A DNA stretch of 64,000 nt from Mobula hypostoma (Eukaryota): contig NC_086107.1 in the NCBI RefSeq assembly GCF_963921235.1, positions 100,814,001 to 100,878,000 of the forward strand, read 5' to 3'. A program made the translations under genes and the position numbers. A model generated the notes under the pieces. The model was not told the origin of the DNA. It did no database searches and saw nothing but the letters and a program-made list of their open reading frames with translations. Each line of letters begins with the position of its first letter. Positions within the stretch are counted from its first letter, which is position 1. Below, piece after piece: positions 11,101 through 23,100 of this stretch.

Positions 11101-14100
11101 ATTTGAGTGCAATCCAAGATTGGATCAGCTTTGGAATTCACGTTGTCACTGTGGGAGGTGGCTCCCTAATTCAAGAACAGAAAGCCATGTATTTGGGCAG
11201 TTGCCTGATGTTCAGGCTTCATACTTTGAAGTAGAGTGTTCCATGTTCTTATCAAAAGCTGTAAGAGATGCTGCCTTGTAGTGTCAGACACCTGGTACCG
11301 TCCTGATTTTAGGTACTATCTGTGTGGAGTTTGCATGTTCTCCCTGTGATCGTATGGATTTCCTTTCACATGCCAAAGATCTGCCGGATGGTAGGTGAAT
11401 TGCCCCCAGTTCAAAGTAAATTTATTATCAAAGTACATGTATCTCATCATTTACGACCCTGAGATTCATTTTCTTGTAGCCATACTCAACAGATCTATAG
11501 AATAATAACTATGACAGAATCAATGGAAGACCACCCAACTGGGATGTTCAGCCAGAGTACAAAAGACAAAAAACTGTGCAAATGTAACAAAAAGAAACAA
11601 TGATAAATAAGCAATAAATATTGAGGATATGAGATGAAAAGTCCTTGAAAGTGAGTCCATTAAATGTAGGAACATTTCAATGATGAGGCAAGTGAAGTTA
11701 TCCCCTTTGGTTCAGGAACCTAATAGTTGAGGGGTAATAATTGTTCCTGAACCTGGTGGTGTGAGTCCTGAGGCTCCTGTACCTTCTTCCTGAGAGCGTG
11801 TCCTGGATGGTGGGGGTCCCTGATGATGGATGCTGCTTTTCTGTGACAGAATTTCATGTAGATGTACTCAGTGGTTTGGAGGGCTTTACCCCGTTACCCA
11901 TGATGGACTGAGCCGTATCCACTACTTTTTTTCCACACTGACTTTACATTTAAAAAATTCATAATTTTTAAGACATCAGTCAATCACTTATGGAAAAGAG
12001 ACTCATTTATAATTTTTTCTAAATCATATTAGTGATTTTAAGAAATATAACTCTAATTAAAATAAACAAAAATTTTGGATGACCAACCCTCAATAACATT
12101 AGTAAGTAGAAAGGAATAATAATGCTAATCATCTTAAACTGTTTACAATTTTTGGATGTGATAATAGGAGATAAAGTACTAAGATCTAATTGTGTATTAT
12201 CTACTTTTCATCAATTAAAGAATGATGTTCAAGGGAAGAGACAATTTTTTGTTTTTGCAAAACTAAATTTCCCCTTACCAATTTATCCTTTTCTCCTGTA
12301 AGAGTTCATGATGGAAATAATAGTTCTAGAGAGGAGAAAGGGGACTTCCATTTGTTACCCCATCCAAAAGGTTCTTCTTCAACCGCAGTTCTCGAGAAAC
12401 AATATTTAATTGTGAGGAGCACCATGTCCTGCATCATCTGATTATCACACAGCTTTCCAGTTGGAGTGCTGCATATGGGAAGTTTGATACTTTCCCACCT
12501 CTTGCAGGGGGAAACTGCTCTTCCGAAATTTACTTCTGAATTTGTTGGTTGTTGTCCAATGGCCCCAGCTAAATACCTCCACCAGCACCACTAATTCTAT
12601 GCTGCCAGTGTTTTTTTTTAATGTATTCATAGGATGTGGATGCAACATATGTTATCTATTCCTGATTACCCTGGATCTAAAGAATTTCATTTAGACATAT
12701 AGAATCACATCTGGGCCAGATGGGTTAATCTGGCAAATTTTCTTCCTAGTGTAAACCAGATGGGTTTTTAGAATTATCCAGTCATTTCATTGTTACTGTA
12801 CTGAACCTAGCTTTAAATTCCACATGTATTTAAATATTTGAATTAATGTTTCCTAGCTGTAGTGGTGGGATTCAGACATGTGCTTCTATATTCATTAGTC
12901 TATATTCATTAGTGCTAGCTGCTGCTAGTCAGTTAACTTCTTCACTAAGCTACTTCATTTCCATCTGTTAGGTCACCACACCATCTTACGTACACACCTG
13001 TCCCATGTTAGACACTGTTTCTGATTTTCAGTTGTGCCCCACTAGAAATAAACAATTACTTTGTTTGCTTTTTTATGGTCTTACTGATTTGTGTTCCATA
13101 ATAGTGGTATGTTTTACTCTTCTTTCCCACTCAGACTCCTATTGTGGCTTCCTTGTTCATCCTACCAAAACTCACTACCTCTTATCATCGTTGTTATGTC
13201 ATATGATGCAGGTGGTCATGGTCTTTTTACCATAGTTGTTCTTGGCGGATTTTCTACAGAAGTGGTTTGCCATTGCCATCTTCTGAGCAGTGTCTTTAAA
13301 AGACGGGTGGCCCTAGCCATTATCAATACTCTTCGGAGGTTGCCTGCCTGGCGTCATAACCAGCACTTGTGATATCGTCCAGCTACTCATACGACCATCC
13401 ACCACCTGCTCCTATGGCTTCATGTTACCCTGAATGGAGGGCTAAACACGTGCTGCACCTTGCCCTAGAGTGACCTGCAGGCTAGCAGAGGGAAGGAGCA
13501 CTTTATACCTCCTTTGGTAGAGTCGTATCCCCATCCCACCACCAAACCCCTTGTCATTAAATTAGCCTATTTTTCAATTTATATATGTTGTGCATTGAGT
13601 GGTATCTCATTCATTTGAGAAAGAAGGAATGTTGTGATTCTTTCCATTGTTAGCCTGTTTTCTTTTTGATGTATTTTAATCTTGGCTATTTCTACAGTTC
13701 TTCAGTCCCAGATACAGAACCTGGTCACTTCCCCACAGGTGCAGCCAGTCACCTTTCAGCAGCAGGTACAGGGTCTGTCAGCCCACAGGATGCTTACTTC
13801 AGCCGCCACAGCCACCATCCAGACGCTGACACCGGGCACCACCACCTCCGTCCAGACACACTCGCCACAGGTGCAGCAGGTCCCTGTAAGTATGCTTTTC
13901 CCTATCGTCCCAATCGCCCATAAACTTCAATCCGATGACTGCTCAGATGGGATATCTGCTCTGAAAGCGCGGAGGTGCTGAATGTTAGGTGGAATATGAT
14001 GCTTTCTGAACTGATACAACCATGGAATTGAAATGTCAAGAAACATAAATGGTCCAGGACATACGTAAACATGCCCACTGACTTCAGAACCTGATTTCTT

Positions 14101-17100
14101 AAGCTAATGAAATGTGTTAGATGAACTTGATTTAAATTTAAATTTAATCTGAAAACACCCTTTGCTAAACTGGTTTACTAATCGAATAGAACCATGAACA
14201 TTATGTTTAGCAGTGATGCAGAAGTTAAAAAAATACTAAACTGATTTCTTAGGCTATTTGCACTGCATGGGGGTAACAAATATTTTCAATTAGGTACTAG
14301 TGATGTAAATTATTGTTGATCAATGTAAATGCAATATTTTCAAAAGAATCATCACTTTGCTCCTTATTTCTTATTTCTTTCTGGTCCTGTTAACTTGAAT
14401 TTCCATGAGCCATTTCCAAGGATGAACGTGTCCATGACACCATTACCTGCTGTTAAAGCTTTTAAACTGATAGTGAATTTTATTCTTTTCCAGGTACTGG
14501 TGCAGCCTCAGCTCATAAAGACGGACTCCTTAGTCCTGACGGCGCTGAAAGCTGATCACAGTCCGGTTATTGCGGCCGTGCAGAATCCAGCCATTACCAC
14601 ACTGACCACTCCAATGCAGACCACAGCTTTGCAAGTCCCAGTATGTTGCACTCAAGTAGAACATTGAGTTATTAATGCAGGTGGAAGTAGAGACTGCTTT
14701 TCAGCAGATTGTGTTTTTTCTGCAATTTTTATTGAATACTTGTATTCGTTGACAAATGCAGGATGTGAAATCAATGTTATGTAACCTCCATGGATGTCAA
14801 TCCTTAGCTAACATGTTACTTGACAGTGGCACTTCCAGTGACTTTGATGAGTCAAAAGGCAGCATGTACATGTTTAAAGATTCTGTTCCAAGTCAGTGAG
14901 TTAAATGAACTCGTTTAGGTTTGCAGTGGCAGGGACCAATCTTCATTCACCTTTTGTAATCTGAGCATTGTTGGCAAAGACAGCATTCATTGCCCATCCC
15001 TGATTATCCTGGAAAATATGAGCCGCTACTGTCCTGGTGGAGGTAATCCCACAGTCAAATGTATAATAAAGCAGTTGCTCTGCAGGCTCGTCAGATGTTC
15101 CTGTGTGGATGAGGATTTGTTAGATTCCTTCCTGGGATGAAGGTTGATTCTGAAGAGTGGGCCATTGTTCTGCTGTAATACTTCAGCTAACCTCCAGCAG
15201 CTTTCCTCGGCAAGATGAATGGAAAACTGATCAAACTTCGTCACCTGCATTCCAGAAGTACAATTACCCCACCCTCAAGTCATTTAGTTAGAACATGCAG
15301 ACAGTTCTTGCATCTGTTCACTCTTGAGGCCAATTTCTATATCATCCTTGATTCCTTCACTGAACAGTATGACTATGGGCCTTGCGTGAAATGGATAGAA
15401 CAACAGGTTCTTCACCAACCTGTCCCCACTGCATAGCACTGTCATCTGTTACTCCTACACCCAGACAACTATAGTGATCCATCTTGAACCCCTGGCTTAC
15501 GTAGATCACTTCAGATATCTCTGGAGCCTGCTTATTAAGGGCAGACATTAATAATGACGTCTCCTCTACCTCATATACCAGCATAGCTGTTGGCCCACTG
15601 ATTAAAAGACTGTTCAAAGATCAAAACCTCAAACCCAACATAAGCTCAATGCAAGCAGCAGTGATGCCTGCCCTTTTGTATACATCATAGATATGGGCAA
15701 CTTGCAGTAGACATCCTAATCAACCAGGAAAGTATCACCATCATTGTTTCTGTAAATGTAAATTCTTCCAAATCCATAGATCTGTCAACATCAGCCTCTT
15801 CTCCCATCCCAGCATCATCTCATGACACTCGACCAGCTCCTCTTGATAGGCCACCTCATTCGTTTGCCTGACACAGTTGTTCAAAACCCACATTCTGCTT
15901 CAAGTTTTGTTAAAATACTTAAAGGAAATCTTCATAACCTCCTTGGGGGAAAATCTGATACCCTGATCAGAATTTATGGAGAGGGACAGACAGATTTAGT
16001 GTTTCAGATCAACGATCCTTTATGATCAGTTCTGATGATGTCAACTTCTTGAACAAAAATTGGTTAATGGAATCATCTTCCACATAATGGTCTCAATGTT
16101 TGGGCCCTGTGCCTGGTGGAAATAGGATGGCAGTGACTGGAAAAGCAATGTGTAACAACTTTTTCAATTTCCCAATTGTTTTTAAAAGAATTATGTAGAG
16201 CTGCTTTTTTAAGTCACTACCACATATGTATTTGTCCAGTTGTGTTTAATATTATTTATCTCTGTATATACAAGGACTGGGCCTCTCGGGAGTGGGAGGG
16301 GGTGGGCATCGGGGATCTTTTATTCTGTGAATGTGTTCTTGTGTGTGACTGTTGGTAATGTGTTTTTAACATCTTGACCCCATAGTAACGCTATTTTGTT
16401 TGGCTGTATTCATAAGTGTTCATGTGTGGTTGAATGACAATTAAACGTGAAGGGTTGAAAGTGCAGGTGAAGGGATTCCCCCTCTTTTAGTCAGGGAATA
16501 TGACAAGATAACTATGTGCAGAATGCCTTGGAGAAAACTCTGAGGTGTTATTAAAATGCTCCTGTTCCCCTTGTCATTTTAGATAATAAGAGATTACAGG
16601 TTTGAGAATTGCTGTTACAGAAAGCTTGGTATGTTGTTCCGTACATCCTGGTGTGGTACAATCTGCCACCATTTTCTGTCACTGGGGGAGAAGGTATTTT
16701 TTATTTATATCAAATTTCTGCATTCCAGTTAAACTGTTAGATACATGGAGCTCCTTTTAATCATCAAGTAATTAATTCTTCAGACAATCAGATCATTACT
16801 GGCAGATGAAACACAGTGCGAGGTTGAGATGGAATTCATGACTATAATATAGTACTCAGGATATCTTGTGATGTTTCAGATTTTCTAGAAGTATACAATG
16901 CAACATTGCAGTGGTGAAGTTGAGTTACGGATCACATTTCCCTTGATGCCCTTGTACCTGTTCAACTGGAAGGGGGGGGGGTGGAGTTGGGAGCAAATTA
17001 CTTGGCCTCTTTTATGGGGACCAGAGTGGAGTCAGATAGTATGTCAGGGAAGGTTTTATTACAAGATTGAATTTTTAAAAGTTGAATATTTGTGAAGAGA

Positions 17101-20100
17101 ATTAATGTCATGTTTTCCTCCCCAGACATTGGTCAGCAGTAATGGAACTATTTTGACCACCATGCCAATGGTGGTTGGGCCAGAAAAGGTTCCAATCAAG
17201 CAGATTGTTGGAAATGGAAAAGCACCAGTGGAGGGGCCAAAGGAGGGTGAAAAAAGAACAACACACAACATCATTGAGAAGCGTTACAGATCCTCCATCA
17301 ATGATAAAATCATAGAGCTCAAAGACCTTGTGATGGGGACGGAAGCTAAGGTCAGTCAGCGGCATTGATTATTTTTTACATACTGTTACGTACCCCGTAA
17401 CTGGGTTACCAAACCAGCAGAAATGGGTCACTCAGTTGGAGTCTGGATTACTAGAACTAAGAAAGTTGTATTAAAGAAACAAGCAACACAGTACTCTAAT
17501 CAAAAGGATAATAAATGCAACAGTTCAGCAATGATAAACACCCATGTACACAGAATTAGGATAACAGGATCAATCAAGCTCTATCGTCGTCTAGGGGTAA
17601 ATGACCAGTTTCAAAGTGACGCAAAGTTTAGTTCAATTGAATTCAGTTCAGTTCACAGTAATCACTGCCGTGGGAGATGGACAGTGGGGGGAAGGAGAGA
17701 GAGAGCAAAACGAATGAATATTCAAACGGCTTCCACACAGACCTTTGATATTCTTCGCAGTCAGCTTTCGGGTGAGCCCTTCGTGATGTCTTCTGAGGTC
17801 ACCGACCGTGACCCCACCGTTTCCAGATACGATCGTTTCTCTGCGGTGAACCTGGGACCCAGGCAAGGGCGGACACACACACCAGGTTCCCGCCGGTCAT
17901 GCCTTCCCACCCTGTGCGTCTATAGCTTGGTCCCGCGACCAGCCCTCCAAAACTTCCCACCGACTTATGGGAGGCGCACCGCTTCCAGGGTCTCGTTACC
18001 TCGTGGTGTCGTGTGTGTCTTGCCTTAGCGAACCTGTCCCTTTTTATCCCCCTGCTGGGGTATCGCCTATCCATCACTTCAAACAGTTCAGGGCTCAAAG
18101 GGGGAGCCGATCTTGACAGTTCTCTTTCCGTTAAACTCTCCCTTCATTAACATCTCCAAATGCTGCTCCATTGTTTTCCTTATCTCTGTTTCTCCTGAAG
18201 ACAGGTGGCAGACCAACTGCTGATCCCACTGGTGCCAGCACAGGACAGCTAACATCTTAATCTATGTGTATTCTCGTCACAATACAGATTGCGTTATGAT
18301 ATATTGTTTGTAAAGATACTAACTTACAAGGATTTTTTTTTAAAAAAGTTCTCATATTAAATAAGTCCCGTTCCATAGTTTGTGTTTCATTCATGCAACA
18401 ATCCAGATTTAATAGGAATTTATCCAGACTCAGAGCTCACGATATCTTGAGTTTATTATTGAAAAATATAGCATAAAAACAAGCCCTTCGGCCCAACTAG
18501 TCCATGCCAACCAGGTGCTCTGGCAAGCTACTCCCACCTGCCTGCATTTGTCCCATTTCCTTTAAGTGTTTCCTATCCATATACTTATCCAAATATCTTG
18601 TAGTTGTTGTAGTTGTATCTGCCTCAATTACTTTCTTGGCAGCTCGCTCCATTCATGCACGTCTTGAAACTCCTGTGACTGTAGTATATATCCTGTTTTA
18701 CTCCCTGTCTCTGTTTTACAGCACAGAATAAGCACTAGGAGTCACGCTGCCCAGCAACCCCCCCCCCACCCCTCCCAATTTAATCCTAGCCTAATCACAG
18801 GACAATTTACAATGACCAATTAACCTACCAACCAGTACGTCTTTGGACTGTGGGAGGAACCAGAGCACCCGGAGTAAACCCATGTGGTCACAGGGAGAAT
18901 GTATAAACTCCTTACAGGCACAACAAGAATTGAACACTGGTGGCCTGTATGGTAATGCATTGGGCTAACCACTACGTGACCGTGCCACCCTTAATTTTGG
19001 GCTTTCAGATTCTGTGCATATTGCATCTGGCACGGAATCAGAAGTGTTGTGTCAAGAATTTTGGTTCTGTAAGGGAAAAGTTGAGTCATAATCTAGAACA
19101 TTATCAGAGTATTTGAGTGATGGTATTTGAAAACAAATATGTAGTTGAATGGCCTTGTATTCATTATTCACATATGAGCTATTTTAATGAGGTACCCGAT
19201 ACTTGGCAAACACTATCGACATCAGCTCAGAAAGCAAGCTTTGAAAAGTGTCGTTTTAAAATATAGAACTCGTGCACCTTTATAACTGAGCTTCAGACAA
19301 TCTAAAAAGAGCACCTTAAATTAGTTTAATATCTTACGATGTGGTTATTGCTAGTTAGAACAGTTTATGTGGAGAGTTTCAACAAAGCTATTGGATTGGA
19401 GGTTTGGGTTTGACCTACAGATGAAGTAGTGTTGAACATGTTTTAATTTAAGCAAGTGCCTAAGATGGAGATAGAGTTTTGTTTTGTCTTTTTAATTTTT
19501 CTTTCTCACTGTGTGTTTCTTCACTACCAGCAACACTCAGTAATAGGAAGAGATAGTGCAATTTGCATTAGTTGGGGAATGAAGTTAAGTAGTCAAGGAA
19601 TCAAACACATTGTGCAGTATATTCTATGACCCTTTCATTAAACTTTTAAAAAATGTAAACGTACATTAATTTGAACGGCAACAGATGCTCATAGTGGGAA
19701 AGGCTGCAGACTGCTTTGGAGGCCTAGTCATTGGGTATATTTAAAGCAGAGGTTGACAGGTTCTTGATTAGTATGGGCACATAAGGTTATGGGGTTAAGT
19801 AGGAAAATAAATCAGCCATGATTAAATGCTGAGCAGACTATGTGCTGAATAGCCTAATTCTGCTCTTATGTCTCATTACATTTACTGTATGTAACAACTT
19901 TAACATAGTTAAAAAAAAATCAAAAGAATTTCATAGAAGCTTTATTGGACAAAGTTAAATGTTGAGAGTGAAGCAACATACATAAAAGTTGCTGGTGAAC
20001 TCAGCAGGCCAGGCAGCATCTATAGGAAGAGGTACAGTTGACGTTTCGGGCCGAAATCCTTCGTCAGGACTAACTGAAAGAAGAGCTAGTAAGAGATTTG

Positions 20101-23100
20101 AAAGTGGGAGGGGGAGGGGGAGATCCAAAGTGATAGGAGAAGACAGGAGGGGGAGGGATGGAGCCAAGAGCTGGACAGGTGATTGGCAAAAGGGATATGA
20201 GAGGATCATGGGACAGGAGGCCTAGGGAGAAAGAAAGCGGGAGGGGGGAAGCCCAGAGGATAGACAAGGGGCATAGTGAGAGGGACAGAGGGAGAAAAAG
20301 GAGAGAGAGAAAAAGAATGTGTGTATATAAATAAATAACGGATGGGGTACAAGGGGGAGGTGGGGCATTAGCAGAAGTTTGAGAAGTCAATGTTCATGCC
20401 ATCAGGTTGGAGGCTACCCAGACGGAATATAAGGTGTTGTTCCTCCAACCTGAGTGTGGTTTCATCTTTACAGTAGAGGAGGCCGTGGATAGACATATCA
20501 GAATGGGAATGGGACGTGGAATTAAAATGTGTGGCCACTGGGAGATCCTGCTTTCTCTGGCGGACAGAGCATAGGTGTTCAGCGAAACGATCTCCCAGTC
20601 TGCGTTGGGTCTCGCCAATATATAGAAGGCAGCATCGGGAGCACCGGACGCAGTATATCACCCCAGCCGACTCACAGGTGAAGTGTTGCCTCACCTGGAA
20701 GGACTGTCTGGGACCCTGAATGGTGGTAAGGGAGGAAGTGTAAGGGCATGTGTAGCACTTGTTCCGCTTACAAGGATAAGTGCCAGGAGGGAGATCAGTG
20801 GGGAGGGATGGGGGGGGGAACGAATGGGCAAGGGAGTCGTGTAAGGAGCAATCCCTGTGGAAAGCGGGGGGGGGAGGGAAAGACGTGCTTAGTGGTGGGA
20901 TCCCGTTGGAGGTGGCGGAAGTTACGGAGGATTATATGTTGGACCCGGAGGCTGGTGGGGTGGTAGGTGAGGACAAGGGGAACCCTATTCCTAGTGGGGT
21001 GGCGGGAGGATGGAGTGAGAGCAAATGTGCATGAAATGGGGGAGATGTGTTTGAGAGCAGAGTTGATGGTGGAGGAAGGGAAGCCCCTTTCTTTAAAAAA
21101 GAAGGACATCTCCTTTGTCCTGGAATGAAAAGCCTCGTCCTGAGAGCAGATGCGGTGGAGGCGGAGGAATGGAGAGAAGGGGATAGCATTTTTGCAAGAG
21201 ACAGGGTGAGAAGAGGAATAGTCCAGATAGCTGTACCACCCCACCAGCCTCCGGGTCCAACATATAATTCTCCGTAACTTCCGCCACCTCCAACGGGATC
21301 CCACCACTAAGCACATCTTTCCCTCCCCCCCCCGCTTTCCGCAGGGATCGCTCCCTACGCGACTCCCTTGTCCATTCGTCCCCCCCATCCCTCCCCACTG
21401 ATCTCCCTCCTGGCACTTATCCTTGTAAGCGGAACAAGTGCTACACATGCCCTTACACTTCCTCCCTCACCGCCATTCAGGGCCCCAGACAGTCCTTCCA
21501 GGTGAGGCGACACTTCACCTGTGAGTCGGCTGGGGTGATATACTGCGTCCGGTGTTCCCGATGCGGCCTTCTATATATTGGCGAGACCCAACGCAGACTG
21601 GGAGATTGTTTCGCTGAACACCTACGCTCTGTCCACCAGAGAAAGCAGGATCTCCCAGTGGCCACACATTTTAATTCCACGTCCCATTCCCATTCTGACA
21701 TGTCTATCCACGGCCTCCTCTACTGTAAAGATGAAACCACACTCAGGTTGGAGGAACAACACCTTATATTCCGTCTGGGTAGCCTCCAACCTGATGGCAT
21801 GAACATTGACTTCTCAAACTTCCGCTAATGCCCCACCTCCCCCTCGTACCCCATCCATTATTTATTTATTTATATGCACACATTCTTTTTCTCTCCTTTT
21901 TCTTCCTCTGTCCCTCTTACTATACCCCTTGCCCATCCTCTGGGCTTCCCCCCTCCCCCTTTCTTTCTCCCTAGGCGTCCTGTCCCATGATCTTCTCATA
22001 TCCCTCTTGCCAATCACCTGTCCAGCTCTTGGTTCCATCCCTCCCCCTCCTGTCTTCTCCTATCACTTCAGATCCCCCCCTCCCCCTCCCACTTTCAAAT
22101 CTCTTACTTGCTCTTCTTTCAGTTAGTTCTGACGGAGGGTCTCGGCCCGAAACGTTGACTGTACCTCTTCCTAGAGATGCTGCCTGGCCTGCTGCGTTCA
22201 CCAGCAACTTTTATGTGTGTTGCTCGAAATTGCAGCATCTGCAGATCTCCTCGTGTTTGTGTTAAGAGTGAAATAATTATTCATTTATCTCATTTGGTTG
22301 ATGAAAAAGGTTGTAAGCTTATTTTCCTACAAGATTACAACTATTTTACTAAATTAAATTGAAAATAGTGTATGGCATTATGTGAGTTATGGTGATCGTA
22401 CATTTGTTTCCAAGACACAAAAAATCTAATGTGACTTATTTTACAGATGAACAAATCTGGAGTTCTAAGGAAAGCCATTGATTACATTAAATACCTGCAA
22501 CAAACTAACCACAAACTACGACAGGAGAACATGGCACTGAAAATAGCCAATCAGAAAAACAGTAAGTAGTGCCATTGTCATATTAAAGGGGAATTTTCTG
22601 CATCTTGCAGCCTTTATAATGACAAGTAGGCAAATTTCAGCTTTTTCCATTTCTAGTTCTAGCCATTTTCACTTGTTTGAATTTAAACACAGTTCTTCTT
22701 TCATGCACACACCTACTTAATATTATGCTTAAGAGAAAACCTGTTTTTGATGAGATGAATAATTGTAAATCAAAGCAATGGAATTAAATGTTTCCTCTTT
22801 ACATAATTACAGAGGGTCTGAAGGGATCTGAGATTTCCAGTCTGTTGGATATTGATGCGGACCTGAAGACCGATGACTTCAAATCACACTTATTGATCAT
22901 GTCACCCCCACCTTCGGATTCTGGCTCCCCAGGCACTTTCTCACCTTGCTCCATTGATTCAGAACCAGGAAGCCCTCTTCTCGATGAAGCAATGGTAACA
23001 GTCATTTAACTATATTACTTCTGTTTTTTTAAAAACTGTAAACTGTAATGAGTTAAATTTTTGCTTGTTATTATGGTTGATTTGTTATTAATCCTGTGTT

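Noticed and set aside
10748..11281. 177-aa Ala/Thr-rich ORF
   Set aside because: Alternative frame of the CAG-rich exon 2; no independent support
17423..18028. 201-aa ORF
   Set aside because: Lies wholly within the solo LTR and has no gag, pol or other recognisable motif
20795..21448. 217-aa minus-strand ORF
   Set aside because: Chimeric read-through across the head-to-head junction of the two Penelope arms
22901..22911. SRE-like GTCACCCCCAC in exon 7
   Set aside because: One extra C relative to SRE-1, and explained by the Ser-Pro-Pro codons
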